40,730 bases of DNA from a virus (taxonomy: Duplodnaviria; Caudoviricetes), in IMG/VR virus record IMGVR_UViG_3300005259_000081, positions 1 through 40,730 of that record, one strand, 5' to 3'. The notes beneath the pieces were generated by a model. That model was not told where the DNA came from. It made no database searches and was given only the letters and a program-made list of their open reading frames with translations. Each line of letters starts with the position of its first letter. Position 1 is the stretch's first letter. This document shows positions 7,809 to 16,099 of the stretch, piece after piece. Position numbers and translations under genes: made by a program.

Positions 7809-8423
7809 ATGAAAGTTTTAGGATGCACCATCGAACGATTTCAAAAAGATACGCAAGAACACAAAATGAAAAATTGGACGGATGCAGGCGTAGTCCGTAA
7901 TCTTTTCTTTGGCAAGCCGGACACGGTTTGTTACAGTTTTATGCTTACCACGTGGCCAGGTCATCTGGCAATCAGCGGCGATATGGGGTGCTACGTTTTT
8001 TGTCGGCTTCATGACATGTTCGAGTTTTTCCGGTCGGCGACACTGGAAATAAACCCCTATTACTGGTCGGAAAAATTGGTAGCAATTGACAAGGGGGATG
8101 GATACGAAGAATTCAGCGAAGAAAAATTTAAGGCGAGTGTCGGCAAATGGTTTAATGATTGGAAAGTCGGCAGGGATAATCAAGTCGTTAAAAACGTCTG
8201 GAATGAAATCAAAGAAAATATTCTCGAATTAAACAACGAGGATGAAGCATATCGAGCGATGAACGAATTTCAGACCGATGATGGGTCAAATCCATTTGAG
8301 GAGTTTTGGCGAGAGGGGAGTTTTAAAGATTATACGTTTCGTTTTATTTGGTGTCTCTACGCGATTGTGTGGGGAATTCAGCAGTACGACAAGGCCAAGC
8401 AAACAGCAATAAACAACAACTAA
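7809..8423 (+). CDS. Phage hypothetical protein
   Basis: TWPGHLAISGDMG..NPYYWSEKL pattern typical of prophage early genes; start motif present. Confidence 0.7.
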   Translation: MKVLGCTIERFQKDTQEHKMKNWTDAGVVRNLFFGKPDTVCYSFMLTTWPGHLAISGDMGCYVFCRLHDMFEFFRSATLEINPYYWSEKLVAIDKGDGYEEFSEEKFKASVGKWFNDWKVGRDNQVVKNVWNEIKENILELNNEDEAYRAMNEFQTDDGSNPFEEFWREGSFKDYTFRFIWCLYAIVWGIQQYDKAKQTAINNN

Positions 8424-8459
8424 CGAGGCGGCACGGTGCCGCAAGGGAATAGGGATCGT

Positions 8460-8813
8460 ATGAAAAAGCTGACCGAGAAACAAGTGGCGATTTTGGGGAT
8501 GATTACCGAGGGGTATTTGAATGGTAAAACGCCGACGGTATACGAGATTGCGGATCAATTTAAGGTCAAAACCTCAACCGTGTTTGCCCATATTCGGGCA
8601 TTGCAGCGCAAAGGGAAACTTACCAGAACGAGCGAAGCGCGGAGCATTGAGCCGGTCGGAGTGCAACGGATTATCGGATACGGTCCGGGACGCCAGCCCA
8701 TCGGTGCGGCGGTGTTGCTGGCCGGAAATGGATATATTGATAGTTTGATTGCCGCCCTTAAAGACATCGGCGCGGTGCGTGTCGAAATAAGTGCATTGAC
8801 ACTTGCCAAATAG
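8460..8813 (+). CDS. LexA-like N-terminal winged-helix protein lacking the peptidase domain
   Basis: MKKLTEKQ..PTVYEIA..HIRALQRKG..ARSI. Start reassigned to 8460 on the basis of the repeated RBS motif. Confidence 0.8.
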   Translation: MKKLTEKQVAILGMITEGYLNGKTPTVYEIADQFKVKTSTVFAHIRALQRKGKLTRTSEARSIEPVGVQRIIGYGPGRQPIGAAVLLAGNGYIDSLIAALKDIGAVRVEISALTLAK

Positions 8814-8844
8814 TTGAAACGTTCAGGGAAAGGGAATCGGGATC

Positions 8845-9075
8845 ATGAAAATTGATAAAGAAAAATTACGGAAACAGTTGATTCTGCTTTTTCTGGTTTG
8901 GACAGAAGCTAAAACAATATCAGTACATCCGTCAACCCGAATGATGATTATTGGCGAATATATGATAATGAGGGTTCCGGATCGCTGGGAATTTGATTTT
9001 GATTTTGGCTATACCATTACCCGTGAAGAATGCGAAGATGAAATTTTTAAAGTAAAAAACAGGTTGGCAAAATGA
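8845..9075 (+). CDS. Hypothetical protein
   Basis: Start motif; ATGA overlap with the next gene. Confidence 0.6.
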   Translation: MKIDKEKLRKQLILLFLVWTEAKTISVHPSTRMMIIGEYMIMRVPDRWEFDFDFGYTITREECEDEIFKVKNRLAK

Positions 9076-9959
9076 GTACAGCCGGGAAAAAAGTTAAGCA
9101 AGCTGTAAAATTTTTGCAGTTCTGGATAAATGAATACGATTGGTCGGTTGATTTCCTTCCCGGCATGTGTCCCAGCACAACGCCGCAGTTGTGTTTCAGC
9201 GGCGGGAAAGACAGCGTTTTATTACGTTTTCTGTGCGACAGTGCGAAAATCAAATATCAACCGGTCTACTCGGTAACAACCATTGACCCACCGCCATTGA
9301 TTAAATTCATAAAAAAATATCATCCCGATGTGATTTGGTCTCAACCGAAAATAAACTTTTTTAAACGTATGGAAACGCGGGGTTTTCCGTTGCGTCAACG
9401 GCGTTGGTGTTGCCAGGAATACAAAGAAAACACCTCGTTTGCACTGTTGAAATTGATTGGAGTTAGGGCGGCGGAATCAGCCAGGCGAGCCAAACAATGG
9501 AGTTTGGTTAACCGCTGGGATGGGGGGGGAAAAATTGTGTTTTGTCCGGCCTTGACCTTTCTTGATGTGGAAGTGTGGGAAATTATAAAGGCGGAAGGGT
9601 TGCCTTATTGTGATATGTATGATTGCGGATGGCATCGGCTGGGATGCATCGGTTGTCCGATGGCGCGGCCAAAGGAAAGGCGACGTGATCTTGACGCCTT
9701 TCCGGGGTTTGAACGTCTTTATCGCCGCAGTTTTGCGCGTAATTGGGAATTGCGCGCCGGAACTCTGGCGCGATCCGGCAAAGAATGGTTTGGCAGTCGC
9801 AAATTTAAAAGCCCTGATGATCTGTTTGAGTGGTGGCTGAATGATATCAGCAGTCCGGACGATTTGATTAAATCAGGTTTCGAACTGGAAGATATTGAAG
9901 ACGAAAATTGTCAATCATTATTCAATTTTTCCGAATCGTGTGATTTGGGAATGTTTTAA
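9072..9959 (+). CDS. PAPS-reductase-family (PP-loop) protein
   Basis: FSGGKDS, RWCC, GVRAAES, RLGCIGCP. Confidence 0.85.
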   Translation: MSTAGKKVKQAVKFLQFWINEYDWSVDFLPGMCPSTTPQLCFSGGKDSVLLRFLCDSAKIKYQPVYSVTTIDPPPLIKFIKKYHPDVIWSQPKINFFKRMETRGFPLRQRRWCCQEYKENTSFALLKLIGVRAAESARRAKQWSLVNRWDGGGKIVFCPALTFLDVEVWEIIKAEGLPYCDMYDCGWHRLGCIGCPMARPKERRRDLDAFPGFERLYRRSFARNWELRAGTLARSGKEWFGSRKFKSPDDLFEWWLNDISSPDDLIKSGFELEDIEDENCQSLFNFSESCDLGMF

Positions 9960-9979
9960 TTCAGAAAGGGATAGGGAAG

Positions 9980-10444
9980 ATGATTAAAATTCTGTCGGTC
10001 CGGCAGCCGTGGGCGTGGTTGCTGATAACTCAAGAACTTGGCGCCGAACAGCGGAAAGATGTCGAAAATCGAATCTGGAACACCAAGTATCGGGGACCGT
10101 TATTGATTCATGCGTCGAAAAAATTCGATTGGGACGGCTATGAATGGCTTCGGGATAGTCTGCCGCAGATTGCCGAATTGGTGATTAATCATTTTAATAT
10201 TCGAGTGGGATGCGGAACCAATAATTATAGCCATCTCGGAGTTTATGCCGGAGAATTCGGCGGGATTGTCGGCATGGTCAATCTGGACCGGATCGAGACC
10301 GACAGCACGAGCCGATGGGCGGCGGCGGGACAATACCACTGGATGGTATCGAACGCGCGGGAATTGCCGTTTACGCCGTGTCCGGGGCGGTTGCAGCTCT
10401 GGGAAGATCCCGAACTGGTGGCCCGGTTGGGATTGACGCAATGA
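9980..10444 (+). CDS. ASCH domain protein
   Basis: LSVRQPWAWL..KDVENR.W.TKYRGPLLIHAS. Confidence 0.9.
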   Translation: MIKILSVRQPWAWLLITQELGAEQRKDVENRIWNTKYRGPLLIHASKKFDWDGYEWLRDSLPQIAELVINHFNIRVGCGTNNYSHLGVYAGEFGGIVGMVNLDRIETDSTSRWAAAGQYHWMVSNARELPFTPCPGRLQLWEDPELVARLGLTQ

Positions 10445-10475
10445 ACCAGGCGGCAGTACTGAGCGGGGTAATGCG

Positions 10476-11252
10476 ATGAGCGAACGCGGATATATCAAAC
10501 TATGGCGGGAAGAATTTGACAGCGTCAGCTATTCCAAGAGTCTGAAACATATCGGCTTGATGCAATTGCTACGAAACAAAGCGAATTACCGGGCAAAAAT
10601 GTTTCGGGGTGAATGGGTTTATCCGGGGCAGTTGGCGGCCTCGATTGCCACATTGTCGGGCGAAACCGGCGAGAGCATTAAAACCATTCGTAATTTACTG
10701 GCGGATTTGGAATTTGACGGCTTTATCCGTTGTGTCAGCAGGGCAAACCGCTATACCATCATAACTATTTGCCAATACGTAACTAAACAAGGATTGATTT
10801 GTCTTGACGGACTAACCGAGGAGCTAACCAAGGGAGTAACCAAGGTAACTACCGAGGGAGCAGCCCAAGGGCAAACCGGAGTAGCAGCAGAGGGTACACG
10901 ACTGGAGAATAAGAGATATTTAAAAAATAAAAATATTACGCGCATCTGCGCGGAAGTTGCCCTGTTGCCGCCAAAGCTTGGCGACCTTTGGGACAGCTGG
11001 CTGACGATGTACGAAACGGAGCAAAATAAAACTCTATCGCCGCCCCGCCAGGCGGAAATAATCCGCTCCTGGCTGGCCTTGCCGCAAGAACTCCACGAAA
11101 GGGCGATTCGCGAGGCAATCAGGAGCGGGGCCAAAGCAATTTACGATCCGAGAAATTTTGAGGAAAAAAACAAAAATGATAGCGAACAGTACAAAAACCC
11201 AAACAGTGATTCTGGCGCAGGCATTGCCGGCAGCAATAGCTACCGGTTGTAG
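10476..11252 (+). CDS. Phage replication initiator (O/DnaD-like)
   Basis: GYIKLWR N-terminus, GQLAAS..LS..TG winged helix, central repeat region, position before a DnaC-like gene. Confidence 0.75.
   Translation: MSERGYIKLWREEFDSVSYSKSLKHIGLMQLLRNKANYRAKMFRGEWVYPGQLAASIATLSGETGESIKTIRNLLADLEFDGFIRCVSRANRYTIITICQYVTKQGLICLDGLTEELTKGVTKVTTEGAAQGQTGVAAEGTRLENKRYLKNKNITRICAEVALLPPKLGDLWDSWLTMYETEQNKTLSPPRQAEIIRSWLALPQELHERAIREAIRSGAKAIYDPRNFEEKNKNDSEQYKNPNSDSGAGIAGSNSYRL
10809..10940. repeat. Iteron-like 12-bp repeats plus AT-rich tract: probable replication origin
   Basis: GGACTAACCGAG/GAGCTAACCAAG/GGAGTAACCAAG/GTAACTACCGAG, then AATAAGAGATATTTAAAAAATAAAAATATT; lambda ori-like layout. Confidence 0.65.
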
Positions 11253-11967
11253 TCGAATCCAGCATTACCGTTGCGCGGATTGTCACGCGGAATTTTCGGT
11301 TGATCTGGGAACCGACGATCAGGAGATTTTACAGATTGCCGTTGCCACCATTCCGCCGGTTCCGCGTTGTGAGCGATGCGCCGCCGTTTACGAGCAGCAG
11401 CTTCGGGCGGTAGAGTTTCGCAATATGATGCGCCGCCGGATCGCGGTGTCTGGGATTCCCGCCGACTGTTTGGAATGGGATCGAGAGCGCGGCAATGCGG
11501 CGTTAATGGCGGCGGTATGGCACAACCGGGAAAAATCGCTGTTTATCGGCGATTCCTACGGCGTCGGCAAAACCCGGGTTGTCTGCGGCGTGGCGGGGAA
11601 ACTCTGCGAGTTTTCGCGGGTCATTTATTGCAACGTCAATAATGTTATCCGGGAATATGCCGCCCGATGCGGTGAATCAATGCGTTCAGCCGATCGCTAT
11701 CTCGACGAATTGACCGGGGCCGACCTTTTGATTTTGGACGATGTCGGCAAGGTGCGGATATCCAGTGCCGGCGGCGATCTGCTCTATTCGATTGCCGACC
11801 GCGCTTGTACAAGCACGTTGCGACTATGGGTGGTGGCAAACCGATCCGGGGAAGAAATTGCAAAGCGTTTTGAGATTTATGACACCGGATGTGCGTTTAT
11901 TGACCGGTTGAAGCGGATTTGCCGGGTTTGGAACGGTCAAACTAAACAGTTTGAAGACGCGGCATGA
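11158..11967 (+). CDS. DnaC/IstB-like ATPase (helicase loader); start may be 11176
   Basis: CxxC..CxxC, Walker A GDSYGVGKT, Walker B LLILDDVG. Confidence 0.85.
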   Translation: MRKKTKMIANSTKTQTVILAQALPAAIATGCSRIQHYRCADCHAEFSVDLGTDDQEILQIAVATIPPVPRCERCAAVYEQQLRAVEFRNMMRRRIAVSGIPADCLEWDRERGNAALMAAVWHNREKSLFIGDSYGVGKTRVVCGVAGKLCEFSRVIYCNVNNVIREYAARCGESMRSADRYLDELTGADLLILDDVGKVRISSAGGDLLYSIADRACTSTLRLWVVANRSGEEIAKRFEIYDTGCAFIDRLKRICRVWNGQTKQFEDAA

Positions 11968-12143
11968 AATACTACTGTCCACAACATGGGCGGGAATATC
12001 ATTATCCGCATCCGCCGGATAACAGTAAAAATGCTCCGGCCGGGATATGTCAGATTTGTTTTTATCGGTTTGGCCGATTTATGCCGCTGCATCGCGAAGA
12101 GGCGCAAGCGGAAGAGGTTTCTAAAAAAGATGTGAAGGAGTGA
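11964..12143 (+). CDS. 59-aa putative Zn-binding protein
   Basis: Hand-called MKYYCPQH...CQIC; ATGA overlap with the upstream stop. Confidence 0.55.
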   Translation: MKYYCPQHGREYHYPHPPDNSKNAPAGICQICFYRFGRFMPLHREEAQAEEVSKKDVKE

Positions 12144-12181
12144 GTGGAAATGGGAAAAACATTTAGGAGATAGCATTTAAC

Positions 12182-12502
12182 ATGAAGAAAAGAACTATGA
12201 GTAAATACCGTTTGGAATGCAAAGAACCTATGGTGATTACCGACGACGGGCACACGATGTTTGCGGAAGATGTAATTGCACGGTTGAACGAGGCAAGCGA
12301 ACTTAAAAAACTCAACACTGAGTTGCTGGAAATGTTAAAACGATGGGCTTGGCTACACGGAAAAACTACCGTTGATGCGAGAATCAGCGGACTAAAATTT
12401 AAGTGTCCATACGGTTATATATCAAGATTTTATGAATCGGACTGGGAAGATATTTTTATGGCAGAAACAAAGCTGGTCATAGCCAAAGTGGAGGGAGAAT
12501 GA
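12182..12502 (+). CDS. Hypothetical protein
   Basis: AGGAG RBS, operon packing. Confidence 0.6.
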   Translation: MKKRTMSKYRLECKEPMVITDDGHTMFAEDVIARLNEASELKKLNTELLEMLKRWAWLHGKTTVDARISGLKFKCPYGYISRFYESDWEDIFMAETKLVIAKVEGE

Positions 12503-12867
12503 AAAACTATTTTTCGTTTTGTCACCAGTATAACAAGCTATCCGAGGAGGCATTTACGACGATTCGCGGAGCGACGGCGGCCAAGCAATATAAAATCGGT
12601 CAAACGGTCGACTGCATTCTGACCGATGGGCCGGATAGTCACGGCAAGGGGCGCTGGTTGTTTCAAGCCGAGATTGTGGGAATTGAGGTTAAACCGCTGG
12701 CGGAGATTCCGCTGGAGGTGTTGCAAAGAGATGCCGGTTATGGTCGGTATTGTCCGGCGTCGCATTGGGATTTTGTCGGGCTGCTTAATTCTTTTCGGCC
12801 GTATGATCGCAGTAAAATCAAAGATTTGAGCGTAAAAGTAACGGTTTTTCAACTGTTTAAAAAGTAG
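12499..12867 (+). CDS. ASCH/PUA-like protein
   Basis: FTTIR motif and QRDAG..DF pattern resemble the ASCH fold. Confidence 0.55.
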   Translation: MKNYFSFCHQYNKLSEEAFTTIRGATAAKQYKIGQTVDCILTDGPDSHGKGRWLFQAEIVGIEVKPLAEIPLEVLQRDAGYGRYCPASHWDFVGLLNSFRPYDRSKIKDLSVKVTVFQLFKK

Positions 12868-12878
12868 GAGCGGGGCAG

Positions 12879-13076
12879 ATGGAGGCGATGAGCAAAACAA
12901 TTACGATCATTGAGCTGGACGAGGAGGCAATCGGGCGGCTGAAAATGTTAACCATGCCGGAACTGGCCGCGCTGGAGTGTAAACTCGTTCGGCAAGAAAA
13001 ATGGTCTTTCGGGTTCCAGCACAGAAATAAGCTGGGGCTGAATGCAGTGGAATGCGAAATTATGGAGCGGGAATAA
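12879..13076 (+). CDS. Hypothetical protein
   Basis: RBS and operon packing. Confidence 0.5.
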   Translation: MEAMSKTITIIELDEEAIGRLKMLTMPELAALECKLVRQEKWSFGFQHRNKLGLNAVECEIMERE

Positions 13077-13078
13077 TT

Positions 13079-13267
13079 ATGCAAAACAAGAAACAACCAG
13101 AAGTATTATTGCGAATAAGTGGGGAATCAGACCTTGACGCCTTTCTGGCGGCCCTTCAGGGCGTTAATGAATGGGGCAAGGATATTACCGGCGGCGATGA
13201 TTCGGAACTGGTGCTCAAGGGTGCGGCAAACGGTGATTTAGTGATCTATTTTAAGGGGAGAAAATAA
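13079..13267 (+). CDS. Hypothetical protein
   Basis: ATG 2 bp after the upstream stop. Confidence 0.5.
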   Translation: MQNKKQPEVLLRISGESDLDAFLAALQGVNEWGKDITGGDDSELVLKGAANGDLVIYFKGRK

Positions 13268-13269
13268 TC

Positions 13270-13611
13270 ATGAGCAATCTTGAATCTATAGTTCCACCGT
13301 TGGAAGACTGTCAGAAGATTCCGGCGGGAAGTTTTGCGGATAGCATCTTCGTTTGGCACCGGTATAACCCGAAAGACCATTGGGGTATCGCGATGAGGGG
13401 GATTCCCGGAGAAACATTCCCCGCCCCGACGCTGGCGGAGATTATGGCGCAACTGCCGAAAACAATGGATCTTTCGGTGCTTACTCTCGAACCGACATTC
13501 GATGACGATGGGGATGGGTGGGCGATATTTTATGATGACGACCACCGCGAACCCGACACTAATCCGGTTGCCGCCGCGCTTCGGCTGTGGCTGAAAGTGG
13601 GGGTAAAATGA
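13270..13611 (+). CDS. Hypothetical phage protein
   Basis: VPPLEDC..PAPTLAEI pattern; operon packing. Confidence 0.65.
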   Translation: MSNLESIVPPLEDCQKIPAGSFADSIFVWHRYNPKDHWGIAMRGIPGETFPAPTLAEIMAQLPKTMDLSVLTLEPTFDDDGDGWAIFYDDDHREPDTNPVAAALRLWLKVGVK

Positions 13612-13778
13612 ACATTGAAAAAAAATCAGCCATTAAAACGTGGGCTCAGGCTCATTGTTATACGTGCCGCGTGATGTATTTGAGCAACCATGAGTGGCAT
13701 TGTCATTATCATTTGGAAGCCATTGACCTTAATAATGATCGGGCTTGTAAATATTATACAGGGATTGAGGTAAAATGA
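13608..13778 (+). CDS. Small Cys/His-rich protein
   Basis: CYTC..C..C; ATGA overlaps on both sides. Confidence 0.55.
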   Translation: MNIEKKSAIKTWAQAHCYTCRVMYLSNHEWHCHYHLEAIDLNNDRACKYYTGIEVK

Positions 13779-14206
13779 ACAATGTTTTTAGCTCTTTGTT
13801 TGCCGACCATGACAAACATCGGTTTTTAGTCAATTTATTGCGCGAAGTCTGGCCGCAAATTAACCACAAAACGCAAATGGTCAAGGCAGAGTATCCGGTT
13901 GTTACGCTGCTTGAAAAAACGCGGGAATTTACCTATCAGGAACTCAAACCGGCCAAGGCTCGGAACTGGCGGGAATACCTAGGCGATGTGCGGAATGCGG
14001 TGTTGCAACGTCCGCCGCGAATGTATTCACAAATGGCTACGGGGTTTCGTGTTGAACGGAATGACCTGCAATTAAAAGCCTGCGTTTGGCAACATGGCCC
14101 ATGCAGAATTTTAGTAACCTGTGGTTATTGTCCACAAACTGACACGTTTTATTACATGGATGATTGCAAAGTTTGGGAAGATTGGCGATACGATAAACAG
14201 CATTGA
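13775..14206 (+). CDS. Hypothetical protein
   Basis: Operon packing. Confidence 0.6.
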   Translation: MNNVFSSLFADHDKHRFLVNLLREVWPQINHKTQMVKAEYPVVTLLEKTREFTYQELKPAKARNWREYLGDVRNAVLQRPPRMYSQMATGFRVERNDLQLKACVWQHGPCRILVTCGYCPQTDTFYYMDDCKVWEDWRYDKQH

Positions 14207-14222
14207 GGAGCTAGCATTTAGT

Positions 14223-14444
14223 ATGAGCAGGAAAAAGAGCGATGGGCGGTATCGGGTACAGGTGGTCGAAGTACAATTTTTTACAGAAAAGGCGTTGCAG
14301 GATGCAACGGACGCCGAACTGATTGCCGAATGGGAGCGGCTGGGACGGCAAAGAAACGCGTTGGAACAATTGGCGGCGGATTCGTTTACTCAAATTCGGC
14401 AGGTAGTCCGCAAGCTCGACCTTTCCCCACTGGGGACGCCGTAA
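14223..14444 (+). CDS. Hypothetical coiled-coil protein
   Basis: GAGGAG RBS upstream of ATG 14223; stop 1 bp before the recombinase start. Confidence 0.55.
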   Translation: MSRKKSDGRYRVQVVEVQFFTEKALQDATDAELIAEWERLGRQRNALEQLAADSFTQIRQVVRKLDLSPLGTP

Positions 14445-14445
14445 C

Positions 14446-15105
14446 ATGGCGGGAATGAAGCCATACACCGAGGAGCAGGCTCTGATGGTTTTGTATTCCC
14501 GGTCATTCGATGCCGGAGAGCACAAGCGCAATCAGGCGTTGTTTGTGGTGCAATTATGCCTCGGTCCGCGCATTAACGAGGAGTTGCGGCTGACGATTGG
14601 CGACGTGGTGGATCAGTGGGGACGGCTGCGGGATCGGGTGACATTCCGGCATACCAAAAACGGTAAAAACCGGACGGTCAAGGTTTTAAACGAATTGATC
14701 TATCGTTTTTTGCCGCCGTGGTTGGAGCGGTTGGCGGTGCTCGGCTATACGTTGGGGAGCGATCCGCTGTTTCCGGGACAAGGTCGGGCGGCGGCGGTGA
14801 GCGATCGGCAAGTGCGCTACATCTACCAGGCTGCAAACGAAGAAATCGGACTGACTGACGGCTATTCAACGCACAGTTGCCGGAAAACCTGGGCGTGTCA
14901 GACCTATGACTGGCTGTGCGCGGAGTTACGGCGAGGGGCGAACATTGATCCGCTTTCGGAACTGGCAATTTTAGGAGGTTGGGAGACGGTGGAAGCGGCC
15001 CGGCGGTACATCGCGGATCACATCAGCCGCGCGGCGGCATGTCAACAGGCCATTTTTCCCAAAATCCGGGCAAATTTGGAGCAGTCGGGCGAAAACTTCC
15101 GATAA
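14446..15105 (+). CDS. Tyrosine recombinase, catalytic domain only (219 aa)
   Basis: GPR..E, TKNGK, HSCRK, GGW, RRY: the full R-K-HxxR-W-Y set. Confidence 0.9.
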   Translation: MAGMKPYTEEQALMVLYSRSFDAGEHKRNQALFVVQLCLGPRINEELRLTIGDVVDQWGRLRDRVTFRHTKNGKNRTVKVLNELIYRFLPPWLERLAVLGYTLGSDPLFPGQGRAAAVSDRQVRYIYQAANEEIGLTDGYSTHSCRKTWACQTYDWLCAELRRGANIDPLSELAILGGWETVEAARRYIADHISRAAACQQAIFPKIRANLEQSGENFR

Positions 15106-15187
15106 TTAACAAACGAGAAGTTGCATCACTTAATCGGAACCAAAATCACGTTTAATCACAACAAGTCACGCGAGAGGTAGCAACATT

Positions 15188-15436
15188 GTGAGTACAAAAA
15201 AGGCGGAAAATAAGCACAAAACCAGTGAGGGGCGTTTGGAGCTGCGCAAGGAATTTGTCTATACGGCGGCGGAATGCGCCGAACTGGTGCATTTATCCGT
15301 GAGGGTAATTCGAGCGGCAATCGGGCGCGGTGAATTGACGGCTGCGAAAATCGCAAATCAGTTTATAATTCTGGGCTCTGACGTATCCGCCTATATTCGG
15401 CGTCACCGGGTTTACCGCCGCAATGGCGAAAAGTAG
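15188..15436 (+). CDS. HTH_17 (Xis/BldC-like) DNA-binding protein
   Basis: YTAAECAELVHLSVRVIRAAIGRGELTAAKIANQFII. Confidence 0.85.
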   Translation: MSTKKAENKHKTSEGRLELRKEFVYTAAECAELVHLSVRVIRAAIGRGELTAAKIANQFIILGSDVSAYIRRHRVYRRNGEK

Positions 15437-15478
15437 CAAAAACCAGCGGAGCCGCTGAAAAAATCCACTAGCAAGGAC

Positions 15479-15523
15479 TTGACAGCGGCGTTTTTGTTAT
15501 CTATGGTAATACAAAGTAATACC
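15479..15523 (+). promoter_or_regulatory. Late promoter with 20-bp box
   Basis: TTGACA-17-TATGGT overlapping TGGTAATACAAAGTAATACC (15504-15523). Confidence 0.7.
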
Positions 15524-15571
15524 GACATAATCTTATCCGGCTGTGATTTGTGACTTTGTGGTGGTGAAAAA

Positions 15572-16099
15572 TTGGACAGTTTGGACATTTGCCTCGATGA
15601 TTTCCCCAAGTTAAAAGCGCTGAACGACCGGCAACGGGCGTTTGTGCTGGCTTATCACGATTGCCACAACGCGACTTCGGCAGCCAAACAGGCGGGATAT
15701 TCGGAGCGGACGGCGGGAAAGATGGGACCGCGTTTAACGTCGCGTCCGAACATTAAGGCGGCGCTGGATGAGCTGCGGGAACATTTGTTCCGGCAGCAGA
15801 TCATGAGTAAAAGCGAGGCGCTGGCGCTGTTGTCCAACATGGCGCGATTCAGCGTTACCGACGTGATGAACGAGGTCGGCGAAATCGACGGACGCCGGGT
15901 AAAAGCGGCGGGGCCGGGGCTGCGCGAGTATTCGATCGAAAACAGCGAGTTCGGGACTACCAGAAAAGTAAAGGGCATGGACCCCAGGGCGGCAATCGAT
16001 ACGCTGGCGAATATCATGGGATGGAAAAAAGACGAGAAAACGATCGATCTGGGCGGGGTCAGTTTCCATTTTGATTTGAGCGGAGCAAAAGCCAAATGA
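15572..16099 (+). CDS. terS: Terminase small subunit
   Basis: LNDRQRAFVLAY..NATSAAKQAGYS..TA pattern; directly upstream of TerL. Confidence 0.9.
   Translation: MDSLDICLDDFPKLKALNDRQRAFVLAYHDCHNATSAAKQAGYSERTAGKMGPRLTSRPNIKAALDELREHLFRQQIMSKSEALALLSNMARFSVTDVMNEVGEIDGRRVKAAGPGLREYSIENSEFGTTRKVKGMDPRAAIDTLANIMGWKKDEKTIDLGGVSFHFDLSGAKAK

Noticed and set aside
15545-15554. GTCACAAATC shared in inverted orientation with 1455-1464 near att
   Set aside because: A single 10-bp match can arise by chance in 40 kb; insufficient support for a link.
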